Shown: piece by piece, positions 1 to 9,544 of the stretch
Layout of the letters: every line of letters starts with the position of its first letter
Position numbering within the stretch: position 1 is the stretch's first letter
Sequence record: MT880872.1
Source of the DNA: Staphylococcus phage PhiSepi-HH3
DNA length: 64,000 bases
Strand: one strand, 5' to 3'
Notes under the pieces: model-generated
Databases searched by the model: none
Seen by the model: only the letters and a program-made list of their open reading frames with translations
Told to the model about the DNA's origin: nothing
Program-made: the position numbers and the translations under genes

Positions 1-707
1 GTTGTCGCAACATTTCTGAACACATAATCTCCATCTAAAATTACTCTATGGCTTGTTCTTGATGTACTTTCACCGTTTTTAAGATAATAATCTTCTTGCA
101 TATATGCTCTCTCTAAAGCCTTGATTAAAGTGGCAGATACATCCAATGTTCTAGTTGATATACTTTGATCGCTATTTATACTTCTTAGTTCGATTTCATA
201 AGTATTATTAGGTTTTGGTTTGTTTTTTGCTTTTTTAACATCTTGAATTTTTAAATTACTAATTTCACTATAAGTATTTCCATTTAGTCCTTCAAATAAA
301 GCTAAATATAGAGCATAATCACATTCGTTTGCTACATTTTTTAAAGAGATATCAAAGTTATCTTTAGAAAAGTATTTTAATTTATGTTTAGCTAAATAAT
401 TATCAAGCTGACTATACATAAACGTATTATATAGATTTATATTGCTAGACTTTTTACCCGTTTTAATCGCATAGTCACAATATCTTCTTGCTTGGTTAAG
501 GTATGTAACTAAGGTATTTCTCTGCGCAGTATTAATACTAAATAACAAAATTTGAATTTCATTATCTGTAAAATTATATAAATCTTTATTTAATTGTGCT
601 TCTAATTGTTTACTTCTCCTAAAAAGTGATCGGAAGTTCGCACGGTTTTCCTCACTAATAGTCGATAAGAACTCATCTTTAAAAAATTGATTGTAGTAAT
701 TCATACT
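1..707 (-). CDS. Hypothetical protein, N-terminal 235 aa only; the gene runs past the window start. Weakly resembles a tyrosine recombinase (SAM-like region plus catalytic-domain entry YALYLALFEGLNG..SEI), but the box I Arg appears to be missing.
   Basis: Hand translation of the minus strand from ATG at 705-707, with RBS GGGGGAAAG upstream. The frame stays open to position 1. Its start sits just past the stop of the 716..1999 gene. Confidence 0.4.
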
Positions 708-715
708 CTTTCCCC

Positions 716-1999
716 CTATGTCTCCTTGCACAATTCTAATACTTTAGAATACGTTTCTTCCTTGACCAACTTTTCCTTTGTGTTTTGTAAAGTGAAATTG
801 AAATCATTATTTTTAAGGTATTCTTCCAATTTATCCAATAAATGAAGATATTCATCAACATCATTGTTGTATTTTTCTTTAAACAATTTAATAAATGCGT
901 ATACATAATATTGAGATTTCAAAGTGTTTGAGTATTGTTTTAACTCATTAACTCTTGAAAGTATTTTGCTAAGTTTCTCAGCAAGAATAACTTCTTCTTT
1001 TCTACTATTTAAAGTATACATTTCATCTATAATATTAGTAAGATTATTGAAAGTTATCAATGATTTATCATTTTTTAATCTTGATCCTGTATAAATTAAA
1101 TAACTAAATTCATGATCCGAATTTTTAATTGCTTTTACTACTTTTGAAGCTCGATTTTCTAATTGCATTTCACTTATTCTATTTTTAGACCACGCAGTTG
1201 CTTTTGAATGTTGAGCTTGCCATTTGATTGCTTCAGAAGTGGTGAAGTTACTAAATACTACGTTGAATTCAAATTCGATCATAGGGTTTTCACGTAATGC
1301 TCTTTGAACTGCTAAAAGTCTGTGGAAACCATCTAATACATCTATTCTTGTATCTTCAGTGACTATTAATGTGTACGTTGAGTTATCGTAAATCAATTCA
1401 TCACCTACACTACTAGTCGTTGGAGCAGCGTTTAAATAGATTGTACTTTCTTTAAGACTATCATTTAATAAATGGTTTACCATTTCTCTAACATTTCTCT
1501 CGTTGATATTAGGTGTTTTTATTATTTCACCAGTTCGTATTTCCAATTTTGCTTCTCTTTGAATATCAAAATTATAATTAATAATACCACTATTCATGAA
1601 TGCTCCTAACTCTTTCACCGACATTTTCGTACTGTAAACGTCATTTACTGGTAGAGTTGGTGTAAATTCATAAGGTAAAGTAACTTCATCAGCTTTGTTA
1701 TATGCTAAAAAATCGTATTGTTTAGCTTCTTGTTGTTCTCCTTTTGGTATATAATCTTCAAGCATTTCTTCTCTTCCAAGAACTTTAAAGGCTTCCATAA
1801 TATACAAAGTAATCAATCTTAAATCAGTTGTATCAAAGAAGTTTCTATCCAAGTCTCTTGAAGTAAATGAATAAGTTAGCCCTTTTGGAATTTTATAATT
1901 ATTTTCCATATTTGTAGCAATTTTCTCGATTGCTGTATCATCTTTTTGATTTCTTAATTCTGAAACAATATTGATCAATACATCTTCTTTATTCATCAT
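716..1999 (-). CDS. DGQHR-domain protein (DndB-like, ParB/Srx fold)
   Basis: 427-aa ORF containing the motif VLDGFHRLLAVQRAL, which matches the DGQHR signature. A candidate extended -10 promoter (TGgTATAAT) lies around 2180-2200 on the minus strand. Confidence 0.6.
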   Translation of the reverse strand: MMNKEDVLINIVSELRNQKDDTAIEKIATNMENNYKIPKGLTYSFTSRDLDRNFFDTTDLRLITLYIMEAFKVLGREEMLEDYIPKGEQQEAKQYDFLAYNKADEVTLPYEFTPTLPVNDVYSTKMSVKELGAFMNSGIINYNFDIQREAKLEIRTGEIIKTPNINERNVREMVNHLLNDSLKESTIYLNAAPTTSSVGDELIYDNSTYTLIVTEDTRIDVLDGFHRLLAVQRALRENPMIEFEFNVVFSNFTTSEAIKWQAQHSKATAWSKNRISEMQLENRASKVVKAIKNSDHEFSYLIYTGSRLKNDKSLITFNNLTNIIDEMYTLNSRKEEVILAEKLSKILSRVNELKQYSNTLKSQYYVYAFIKLFKEKYNNDVDEYLHLLDKLEEYLKNNDFNFTLQNTKEKLVKEETYSKVLELCKET

Positions 2000-2019
2000 T
2001 TTCCTCCTTACTAATTTTC

Positions 2020-2140
2020 TTTTTTTATTTTTTATATTTCATTTTTTAGATTCCTTGTTTTTCATTTTTTGAATTCTGATTTTTCATTTTTTAGAATTCA
2101 TTTTTTGGTTTCTATTTTTCGCATTCTTTATTTTATTTTT
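2020..2140. repeat. Phased A/T-tract repeats, about 22 bp period (..GAATTC..TTTTTCATTTTTT..), likely intrinsically bent DNA upstream of the DGQHR gene
   Basis: Tandem units agattccttgtttttcatttttt / gaattctgatttttcatttttt / agaattcattttttggtttctattttt. Confidence 0.5.
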
Positions 2141-2307
2141 CAAAAGAACACCTACAATTTTTATATGTTTTCTCTTTCACGTATTATACCATATTACTGT
2201 TTTAGAAATAAACTAAAAATTCACATATTCTTTATGATATTTTAGTAATATAATTCGTAAATAGCATAATAAATTTCATTAAGTGATATAATACATTTTC
2301 CATGCTG

Positions 2308-3360
2308 TTACTTAATTTTATTCAATTCGGTTTTAACTTGAAGTTGAATAGCTTCTGGTAATGATTTTAACACTTCAATTAGTTGATCCTTTTCAAAATT
2401 ATTAAAATCTACATCTTTAACTCCAGTTGCGAAGTTATTAGATACTGCTCCTTTAAAAGCTTCTTCATTATCAGCTATATAACGTTGAGTAGTTTCCATG
2501 TTACTATGGCTACCAACATTCATGGCTACTCTTATATCCTTTGTGCATTCATATGCGTATGTTACTGCACCTTTTTTAAAACTATGGAATGTTATATTTC
2601 TATTTTCCCAACCTAAAGACTTTTTAGCCCTATTTAACATGTCAGTTCTATTTTTCCCTGAGAAATTAAAGATGTTATCAGTTAAGTTAAGTTGATCGAA
2701 TTTTAAATCATTGTGCATATTATCATAAAACTCACGACTAATGACTTTAGTATAAGCTTTTTTACCTTTATCGACACCTTTAACAATCACTTCATCTTCT
2801 TTAATAATAAATGACGCTTTAGTTAATTTATTTAATGCTTCTGCACGCACTCCAGTATCAAGTGCTAATAAACAGTAGTAATACTTATCTAAAGCTTTTC
2901 TATTCTCATTATCTTTGATCCAATTTATTAAAGCATATGCCTCTTCAAGTGATAAAGCTTCGTACGAATTATTAGTTGTTTTTAATTTAGATAATTGATT
3001 AATGATATTAATATCAATATCATAACCATATGATGAAAGATATTTAATGAACTCTTTTAAAGCACACATTTTACGATTGATCGTACTAGCACTTAACTTC
3101 TTCTCTTCTAATAAGTATGAGCGATACTTAACAATATTATTTCTTGTAAAAATTATGTACACAACGTCAGTTGTACTTTCATTATTACAATTAAAATATT
3201 TAAAGAATTGTGCTACATCATCTCTATACGCAATTTTAGTTCTCTCTGAATTGATACCAACTTCATTCGAATAGTTCTCGATCAACTCAGTTAATTTCAT
3301 ATTAAAATGTGTTACCTTTTGATTTAATTCTACTTTTGATAAAGCGTTCATTTGTTTCAT
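2308..3360 (-). CDS. Tyrosine recombinase / phage-integrase-family protein with a non-canonical HxFK box II
   Basis: 350 aa. It has an N-terminal SAM-like region, box I GVRAEAL, box II HSFKKGAVTY, and the catalytic Tyr in ETTQRYI. Two copies of the early promoter motif lie upstream (3377-3397, 3430-3442). Confidence 0.7.
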   Translation of the reverse strand: MKQMNALSKVELNQKVTHFNMKLTELIENYSNEVGINSERTKIAYRDDVAQFFKYFNCNNESTTDVVYIIFTRNNIVKYRSYLLEEKKLSASTINRKMCALKEFIKYLSSYGYDIDINIINQLSKLKTTNNSYEALSLEEAYALINWIKDNENRKALDKYYYCLLALDTGVRAEALNKLTKASFIIKEDEVIVKGVDKGKKAYTKVISREFYDNMHNDLKFDQLNLTDNIFNFSGKNRTDMLNRAKKSLGWENRNITFHSFKKGAVTYAYECTKDIRVAMNVGSHSNMETTQRYIADNEEAFKGAVSNNFATGVKDVDFNNFEKDQLIEVLKSLPEAIQLQVKTELNKIK

Positions 3361-3468
3361 CTCCTTAACTTAATTTTATTATATATTATTTCTTAAATAC
3401 TTTCAATAGATTTTTGTAATTTTTCTAAATTTTATTTCTTAACTATATTTCTCCCGTGAATTTCTCAT

Positions 3469-3536
3469 TCGCTGTTATATAGCGATATTTCTGAAAGCCC
3501 TGTGGAATTTTAGAATCGCTGTTATATAGCAATATT
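3469..3536. repeat. Direct repeat of tcgctgttatatagcRatattt (2 copies, 46 bp apart) with internal dyad symmetry; candidate operator or iteron
   Basis: The two copies are visible at 3469-3490 and 3515-3536. Confidence 0.5.
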
Positions 3537-3566
3537 TTTCGTTCCCCGACCATTTTAAAAAGGCCG

Positions 3567-3600
3567 CCCATCGCAAACCCAAACCCCCACCCATCGCAAA
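3567..3600. repeat. GC-rich direct repeat CCCATCGCAAA x2 in an otherwise AT-rich intergenic region
   Basis: The sequence reads cccatcgcaaacccaaacccccacccatcgcaaa. Confidence 0.4.
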
Positions 3601-4034
3601 AAACATCGAACACAATATAATTTACATATATTATTATTTTTTCTTTGTCTGTCCGCTGCTTTTTGATCTCGTCACTACTTCACTACTTTAAAATATAGTA
3701 TCATGCTTTAATTAATATATATGTGCTATTTTATGATCTCAATTGTATATTTAACTACCTTAATACTATATAACAAAGCCATTTAATTATTATAATATGC
3801 TTATATATAACGTTTATAGCGTCATTTTAAGACTTTTAACGTGTTTTAATGGTACTATACACATATTTTTTAATGGCTTTTATAGGCTCTTAAATGGCCA
3901 TATAAAGCATATTTATATAATAAAATACGTGTTTTATTTTAAATTATGATTGTGTTAATAGCCTTGAAACACTAGGCAAAAACGCAAAAAATAAAACGCC
4001 TATTATAAAATATAATAAGCGTTTTACTTTGTCA

Positions 4035-4463
4035 TTATTCAATGAATTCATATTGTGAACCGTATTTTATTATAAATTCTTTCTCACTCATTTTTTTACC
4101 GTCAAAGCCACTGTATAGATGGCGTTCGTCTTTGTGTGCTCTTTCCGTGTGGTAGTTTTCATATAATCGCATGGCCTCACTTGTAGTTAATAAATAAGTT
4201 GTATAACTTTTCCTAACTTCTGCCGCTTTCATTAGTCCGCTTTTAAAGTCTCTTACACATGTATTAGCTGGCAATTGATAAATTATTTCACATTCTTTAA
4301 ATGTCATGACTTGCGTCAATGATTTTCTTAATTTAAAAAAATTAATGTGTTTATTTTTAAGATCGTGCAATTTTGTAAATCGTTGAAATGGTTCCCACTT
4401 CATCCCGTTTGTGTCCGATCTCTTGAAATTTGAAACGCTATTTTTTTTGATATATTTTTTCAT
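4035..4463 (-). CDS. Hypothetical early protein (142 aa, basic)
   Basis: ORF from the track in a co-directional early gene array. I recognise no domain. Confidence 0.45.
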   Translation of the reverse strand: MKKYIKKNSVSNFKRSDTNGMKWEPFQRFTKLHDLKNKHINFFKLRKSLTQVMTFKECEIIYQLPANTCVRDFKSGLMKAAEVRKSYTTYLLTTSEAMRLYENYHTERAHKDERHLYSGFDGKKMSEKEFIIKYGSQYEFIE

Positions 4464-4527
4464 TGCTTTTTATCTCCCTTAATGATCAATTATTATTTTA
4501 TTTATGAAACGATCAATATATAAATAT

Positions 4528-4544
4528 CTAGCCGCAAAGGCTAG
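4528..4544 (-). terminator. Hairpin ctagccgcaaaggctag followed by an A/T run
   Basis: Perfect 6-bp stem overlapping the stop of the 4541..5062 gene. Confidence 0.35.
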
Positions 4545-5062
4545 ATAATTGTATATGTGCTTTTAATTTGTCCGTTTTCTGTTTCTTCCGTTTTTATACA
4601 TATCTTATATTTATATATATCTTTCAATTGCTTATTAATTTCTTTCATGATGTTTAATTGATATTGTGAAAAATCATAATTAATATATTTAACACCATAT
4701 GAAAGCAATTTTAAAATGTGCGTGGCTGCTTTATCTTTCATATATTCATATGAAAATATATAATTTAAATTTGTGAATTTGCTTAAATCATTTTTAATAA
4801 AATACTTACTTTTTAAATACTCATGTTTTTTAATTATATATTTTATTGCTTTTTCTTCCGTGCTAAACTCTTTAATTTTTATTATCCTTTCAATAGATAC
4901 ATCAAAATTATACTTTAAAAAATCAGCTTTGAACGGACTAAAAAAAGCCCGTTCAAGTTTTGACAATCTTATTTTATTATTATGTTTTTCTAGTCGGTAA
5001 TATATAACATTAAATAAATTGTTTTCAGTTTCTAAAAAATCAATATAAAATATCTTTGTCAT
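4541..5062 (-). CDS. Hypothetical early protein (173 aa)
   Basis: ORF from the track. Its stop abuts the start of the next gene (ATGA overlap at 5062). Confidence 0.45.
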   Translation of the reverse strand: MTKIFYIDFLETENNLFNVIYYRLEKHNNKIRLSKLERAFFSPFKADFLKYNFDVSIERIIKIKEFSTEEKAIKYIIKKHEYLKSKYFIKNDLSKFTNLNYIFSYEYMKDKAATHILKLLSYGVKYINYDFSQYQLNIMKEINKQLKDIYKYKICIKTEETENGQIKSTYTII

Positions 5063-5571
5063 TATTTCATCACTTCATCACTTATAAAGTTTTTTATTTC
5101 TTTAATAATTGATTGATAACACAGATCAATAGAATGATCTTCAATATATGGCGTATCTATTTCGTGATCTCTCATTATTTCAATTGAAAAAGTATATTCT
5201 TGTGGCGTATAACTATTATTAAAATATGCGTTTATTTGTTCATCTGTTAAATTTTCATCATTTAATTTTATTTGCTCTATTAGATCATTTTCATCTATAT
5301 TATTATATTCGTATAAATCAACCATGAAAGCCGCTTTATAATATAAATCAAAATAAACATAATTATTAATATCATCATTATTAATAAATAAAATATGGTT
5401 ATAACTTCCGTTATCCTCAAAAAATATATTTATATCAGTATTATATTTTTTGTTGATGTTCGTTAATTCTTCACTTACTTTTTTAATCACTTTGTTAATT
5501 TCATTTAATCTCATTGTGTCCACTCCTAAAATTGATATATGTATTTTTAATAACTCAATTGATAACACCAT
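5062..5571 (-). CDS. Hypothetical very acidic early protein (169 aa, D/E/N-rich); candidate DNA-mimic or anti-defence protein
   Basis: Composition is read from the translation. It lies in the co-directional early array. Confidence 0.45.
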   Translation of the reverse strand: MVLSIELLKIHISILGVDTMRLNEINKVIKKVSEELTNINKKYNTDINIFFEDNGSYNHILFINNDDINNYVYFDLYYKAAFMVDLYEYNNIDENDLIEQIKLNDENLTDEQINAYFNNSYTPQEYTFSIEIMRDHEIDTPYIEDHSIDLCYQSIIKEIKNFISDEVMK

Positions 5572-5629
5572 TTAAAAAAATGATGTTATCTATCAATTAT
5601 TAAAATATAGTTTTATATGTTATTTTTTG

Positions 5630-6361
5630 TTATGGTCTAATCGGACAAATAACATAATTAAAAGAATTTGCTTGATCTGTGATATTAATCGGAAAATTGC
5701 TTTTAGTTAAATATATATAATAATTATTTGTTAAATCTTGCGTTTTTACATCGTCTTTTAAATATTCAAATACATTTAAAAGATAAGAAATATTAAACGT
5801 TATTTTATGCACTGGTTTATCGCTTAAATTTACATTTTTTAATTTATAATTTAAATTGAGATGTTCAAGAAGTTCATTATTATTAAAATTATAATCGCTA
5901 TAATTCATTAAATAATATTCTTGATCTTTATCAATTATTAATGTTAAGCGATCTAATTTAATACCTTTATAGCCTTTTAAAATTGCGATTAATAGATCAA
6001 TTTCATCATGGTTAATAATAATTTTATTGTTTGCGTTCTCACTTTCTGGAATTATTCGGCTTGTTTCTGGGTATTGTTGAAAGCTTTCCGCATTCTCTCC
6101 AGTTTTTGCATTATATAAAACATTAGTTTTATTATGCTTTTTGTTGATCTGCAACAATCGATGGCTATCAGTTGCCACGATAGTATTATCATTATAATAA
6201 ATATGTTGTAAAATTGGTCTAGCGTCTGAGACTTTGCCCGTGATCTTCTTCATGTTTTTAACGATTTTTTTATCTTCCATATTTGAAAAGTTTTTAATTT
6301 CATTATTCATAATTTTTATACCTCTTTTATATTTTATTTTATAGATTTTCAATAAATTCAT
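5630..6361 (-). CDS. DnaN (beta sliding clamp)-like domain protein
   Basis: 243 aa. The motif NTIVATDSHRLLQI resembles the conserved beta-clamp segment (l)vATDghRLa. The protein is shorter than a three-domain clamp. Confidence 0.35.
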   Translation of the reverse strand: MNLLKIYKIKYKRGIKIMNNEIKNFSNMEDKKIVKNMKKITGKVSDARPILQHIYYNDNTIVATDSHRLLQINKKHNKTNVLYNAKTGENAESFQQYPETSRIIPESENANNKIIINHDEIDLLIAILKGYKGIKLDRLTLIIDKDQEYYLMNYSDYNFNNNELLEHLNLNYKLKNVNLSDKPVHKITFNISYLLNVFEYLKDDVKTQDLTNNYYIYLTKSNFPINITDQANSFNYVICPIRP

Positions 6362-6602
6362 TTAATTCATCAATTGATAAATTTGTCGCTATTTCTTTAT
6401 TATCTGTTAACCTTTTAACACTATATAGCGGCTTTGCGTCTAGTCCGTAACTATTTATAAAATCATAATTACAACCGCTTATATATTCATTAAGCGTTAA
6501 ATTGTCATTTATAACACCGTTATAATTTCCCTTGAATTCTTGCACTACTTCAATACTTTCAATAATATAATATTTATTATTGAAATCTTTTAAGTTTGCC
6601 AT
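6339..6602 (-). CDS. Hypothetical small acidic protein (87 aa)
   Basis: ORF from the track, overlapping the next gene by 23 nt. Confidence 0.4.
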   Translation of the reverse strand: MANLKDFNNKYYIIESIEVVQEFKGNYNGVINDNLTLNEYISGCNYDFINSYGLDAKPLYSVKRLTDNKEIATNLSIDELNEFIENL

Positions 6603-6694
6603 AATTTTTATACCTCACATTTTTATTTAATATTTCAATTGTTAGCACTTAAAAATTAATTATTCTTAAATGCTAACTATCAAATATTAAACAT

Positions 6695-7018
6695 TTACCA
6701 ACCATAAGAAGTCGTTAAAACTTCATCATTACTTGATAAGTAATTGCTAGAAATATCCCAATTAGCTGTTAAATCTTCCGCTAGTCCCTCATAGTCGATA
6801 TAATCAAATAAATCAGGTGCACCGTTAAAATTTGCGTTTGTGTCAATTATTGACGAATACCAACCTTCAGTTACTTCATATCGTGCGAAGTCCTCTTTGT
6901 CTTTGTGGTAATATATTTCATTTTCTAGCCATTCCCCCGCCTCTTTTTCTTTCAATAATTCACTAGCAAGATCACTATTATATTTTTTTAATTCCTCGAA
7001 GTTTTTAAAGATTTTCAT
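6695..7018 (-). CDS. ArdA C-terminal-domain-like acidic protein (second ArdA-related gene)
   Basis: 107 aa. The segment IYYHKDKEDFARYEV...FDYIDYEGLAEDLTANWDI resembles the C-terminal region of Tn916 ArdA (..IIHSDCDDMYDVARYYI...NYIDYQAYGRDLDLSGTF) as I remember that sequence. Early promoter motif upstream at 7037-7054. Confidence 0.4.
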   Translation of the reverse strand: MKIFKNFEELKKYNSDLASELLKEKEAGEWLENEIYYHKDKEDFARYEVTEGWYSSIIDTNANFNGAPDLFDYIDYEGLAEDLTANWDISSNYLSSNDEVLTTSYGW

Positions 7019-7061
7019 TTTTTTACCTCTCTTTGTTATATTTTATTTCTTTAATAGTTAA

Positions 7062-7721
7062 TTAAAATAATGTTACAATTATAATTGTGTCGTTTAATTT
7101 TCCCACTTCATAAGTACCAATAATTACATCGCTATTTGCGTTTAATTCGATTAGTTTATCATGTCCGAATTTTTCAAAGTCAAAATAATTGACAACTTTT
7201 TGATCTATTTTTTCAATTGCTTTAAAGTTGATAAACTCTAATTCATCAATTAAATAATTCGCAAAGTTAACAATACATGAATTATATTGATCTTGTGCAA
7301 AAATTCGCATACTTTCTATATTTTCAATAATTTCATCGGTTGTTAATTCGTCCGCTTGCTCTTTTGCGTAGTCGTTTAAAATTTCCATAACTTTATATTT
7401 ATCATCATTAAAATAAGTTATTTCTTGATCTGCACCAAAGAAATTATATAATTTTTCATTAATAGCAATTTGAATTTTTGCCATATTGTTCACACGTTCA
7501 ATATTTGAAAATTGACTAATGCCGCCGATATTTTCCCAATCAGTTAGAAAGTATTCTTCATATTGTACACCATCAACACCGATATTTTTTAATACTACAT
7601 TAAATTGTTCTTTTGTAGCTGGTACATTTAACCATTGCCCCATGTGTTCGCCCTCCGTGTATTTTCCTAAATTAGTGATATAGATCGCTGGTTGATTTTC
7701 TTTAATTGTTAAGTTTTTCAT
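7062..7721 (-). CDS. ardA: ArdA-family anti-restriction protein (DNA mimic, anti-Type I RM)
   Basis: 219 aa, acidic. The N-terminus AIYITNLGKYTEGEHMGQWLNVP matches the ArdA signature VYIANLGKYNEGELVGAWFTFP. Early promoter motif at 7741-7758. Confidence 0.65.
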   Translation of the reverse strand: MKNLTIKENQPAIYITNLGKYTEGEHMGQWLNVPATKEQFNVVLKNIGVDGVQYEEYFLTDWENIGGISQFSNIERVNNMAKIQIAINEKLYNFFGADQEITYFNDDKYKVMEILNDYAKEQADELTTDEIIENIESMRIFAQDQYNSCIVNFANYLIDELEFINFKAIEKIDQKVVNYFDFEKFGHDKLIELNANSDVIIGTYEVGKLNDTIIIVTLF

Positions 7722-7873
7722 TTTATTTACCTAGCCTTTTTATATTTTATTTCTAAAATCTCAATTTATAATTAAAATTTTAGTTTTGTGTGCTTACTAA
7801 CCTTAACACATTTATAATTATAATACTTTATCATTATAAAATCAATAGTTTTTTATAATTTATTTCTTAATTC

Positions 7874-8275
7874 TTACCATTCCTCATTAGGAACATAAGC
7901 GATTAAAATATAATTATCGTTTTTGTTAATTATATTTATTTCATTTTCAAAGTTAGTTACATATTCATTAATAAATTCTTGATAATCTTTTACATTATCA
8001 AAGTAATACAAATATTTTAATAATCTGTAAATATCATAATCATCACATATATCATTATTGTTAAAATATTGCTCTACATCTGAAAATGATAAATTATTTA
8101 CAGATAAGAAAATTGTTAAATCTTCAAGAATTCTATTGTAAAATTGTTGATCTTCAATTTCTGTTATTTCCTCAAAACCCTTGAAGTATTCTAATACTTC
8201 ATTTCTAACTTTTTCATTAATTTTTACTATGTTTCTATTTGTTAAATTTTCAATATTTAACATTATTGCGTACAC
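7874..8275 (-). CDS. Hypothetical highly acidic early protein (133 aa; very few K/R); DNA-mimic candidate
   Basis: ORF from the track with the composition noted. Promoter motif at 8367-8386. Confidence 0.45.
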   Translation of the reverse strand: MYAIMLNIENLTNRNIVKINEKVRNEVLEYFKGFEEITEIEDQQFYNRILEDLTIFLSVNNLSFSDVEQYFNNNDICDDYDIYRLLKYLYYFDNVKDYQEFINEYVTNFENEINIINKNDNYILIAYVPNEEW

Positions 8276-8399
8276 TCCTTAAAATTAAAATTTTAGTTTG
8301 TAATTTATTAATTACTTATCCTTACAAGATCTATTATACACATATATTTTTAAATTTCAATACTTTATTATATTTTATTTCTTAAAATTCAAGAAATTT

Positions 8400-8660
8400 T
8401 TATATCGTTACACTTGAGAATTTAAAGCCTATTAAAGTATTAAAACCATTAAACATAGTGACAATATACAAATATTTAAAATCATTGTAATTATGATCTA
8501 CTATTTTTGAGTGATCTAAATAATTACTATTTAAATACTTTTCTATTTTGGCGGCTGCCTCTTTCTCATTTTTTAATTCTGTTCTATATATCAATTTTTG
8601 ATCTTGCAGCCCTAAAGAATTTGTATAAATTTCAGTGCCTTCAAGTGTTAAAATATCCAT
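8400..8660 (-). CDS. Hypothetical early protein (86 aa)
   Basis: ORF from the track. Confidence 0.4.
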   Translation of the reverse strand: MDILTLEGTEIYTNSLGLQDQKLIYRTELKNEKEAAAKIEKYLNSNYLDHSKIVDHNYNDFKYLYIVTMFNGFNTLIGFKFSSVTI

Positions 8661-8734
8661 TTTATAATATCCCTACTTTTTCAGATCATTAAACTATCAA
8701 TAAAAATCATATATTAATGATCTTGTTGATCTCC

Positions 8735-8950
8735 TTAATATCCTAATTTATGACAATATAAAATAAATTCATCATATCGACTTGAACCAATTGAAAGCAA
8801 TCTTTCATAAATTGACTTGTATTTTTTTGTTGGCGTTCTCCAATTAAAATAACTTTTTGCCAACTCTTCAATAGTTTCAACATGTTCAAAGTTAATAGAA
8901 ATCTTTTTAAAATCGTTACAACTTCCATTGTCCATTGTTAAAGTAATCAT
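8735..8950 (-). CDS. Hypothetical early protein (71 aa)
   Basis: ORF from the track. Promoter motif at 8976-8996. An overlapping 61-aa frame (8743..8928) is an alternative reading. Confidence 0.35.
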   Translation of the reverse strand: MITLTMDNGSCNDFKKISINFEHVETIEELAKSYFNWRTPTKKYKSIYERLLSIGSSRYDEFILYCHKLGY

Positions 8951-9002
8951 TTTTTGATCTCCTCAGTAATTTATTTATTATATGTTATTCCTTAAATACT
9001 TT

Positions 9003-9119
9003 TAACGTTCTTTAAATTCTTCACCTTCAGGGAATAAACTTCTTTGCATTTCTTTGTTGCCTAGCAAATAACCTACTCCAATAAAACCAATAATAGCAAT
9101 AAACAACGTAAACATTTTA
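9003..9119 (-). CDS. Small single-TM peptide (38 aa: MFTLFIAIIGFIGVGYLLGNKEMQRSLFPEGEEFKER)
   Basis: It is not in the ORF track because it falls below the length cutoff. A strong RBS (GGAGG, 8 nt spacer) precedes the ATG on the minus strand. A hydrophobic core is followed by a charged tail. Confidence 0.5.
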
Positions 9120-9129
9120 AAACCTCCGT

Positions 9130-9414
9130 TTATAAATTATAATATTGTGCGATCTCTTCGACTTTCTCAAGTGCCATGCTTGCGGCGTTTGTTTCTTGCT
9201 TTTTGCTTTTTCTTGTAACTTCAATTAATAGCATTCTTGCGGCTCCCGTTGGTTGTGTTAAGTCTTCAAATGCTCCAAACTCCCTAGCATTGCGGCGTAC
9301 TTCCAAATAATAGCCTCTTGCTTTGTTTTGTCCGGTAAAATGGTTATAGCCTCCTAGATCGTAATCAGTGCGATAGTATAAGTTTGTTCCATTTTCTGTT
9401 GTGTATAATTCCAT
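9130..9414 (-). CDS. Hypothetical early protein (94 aa)
   Basis: ORF from the track with an AAAGGAG RBS. The promoter motif ttattatatgttatttctt lies at 9436-9457. Confidence 0.5.
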   Translation of the reverse strand: MELYTTENGTNLYYRTDYDLGGYNHFTGQNKARGYYLEVRRNAREFGAFEDLTQPTGAARMLLIEVTRKSKKQETNAASMALEKVEEIAQYYNL

Positions 9415-9544
9415 TTTAAAAACTCCTTTATTATTTATTATATGTTATTTCTTATTAAAATTTTAGTTTTTAATTTAAATTTAAAGCTTTTCTAACTTCT
9501 TTTATCTTACTTTTTTATCCCTTCTTTTTTGTTTTATTTATGGC

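Noticed and set aside
2383-3274. Short plus-strand ORFs antisense to the recombinase-like gene (2383..2616, 2498..2695, 3047..3274), and similar antisense ORFs inside terL, the TMP and fibre genes (for example 17029..17520, 40613..41886, 49333..49674)
   Set aside because: They are fully embedded antisense to long, well-supported genes, hydrophobic or low-complexity, and lack an RBS. They are typical AT-rich-genome artefacts.
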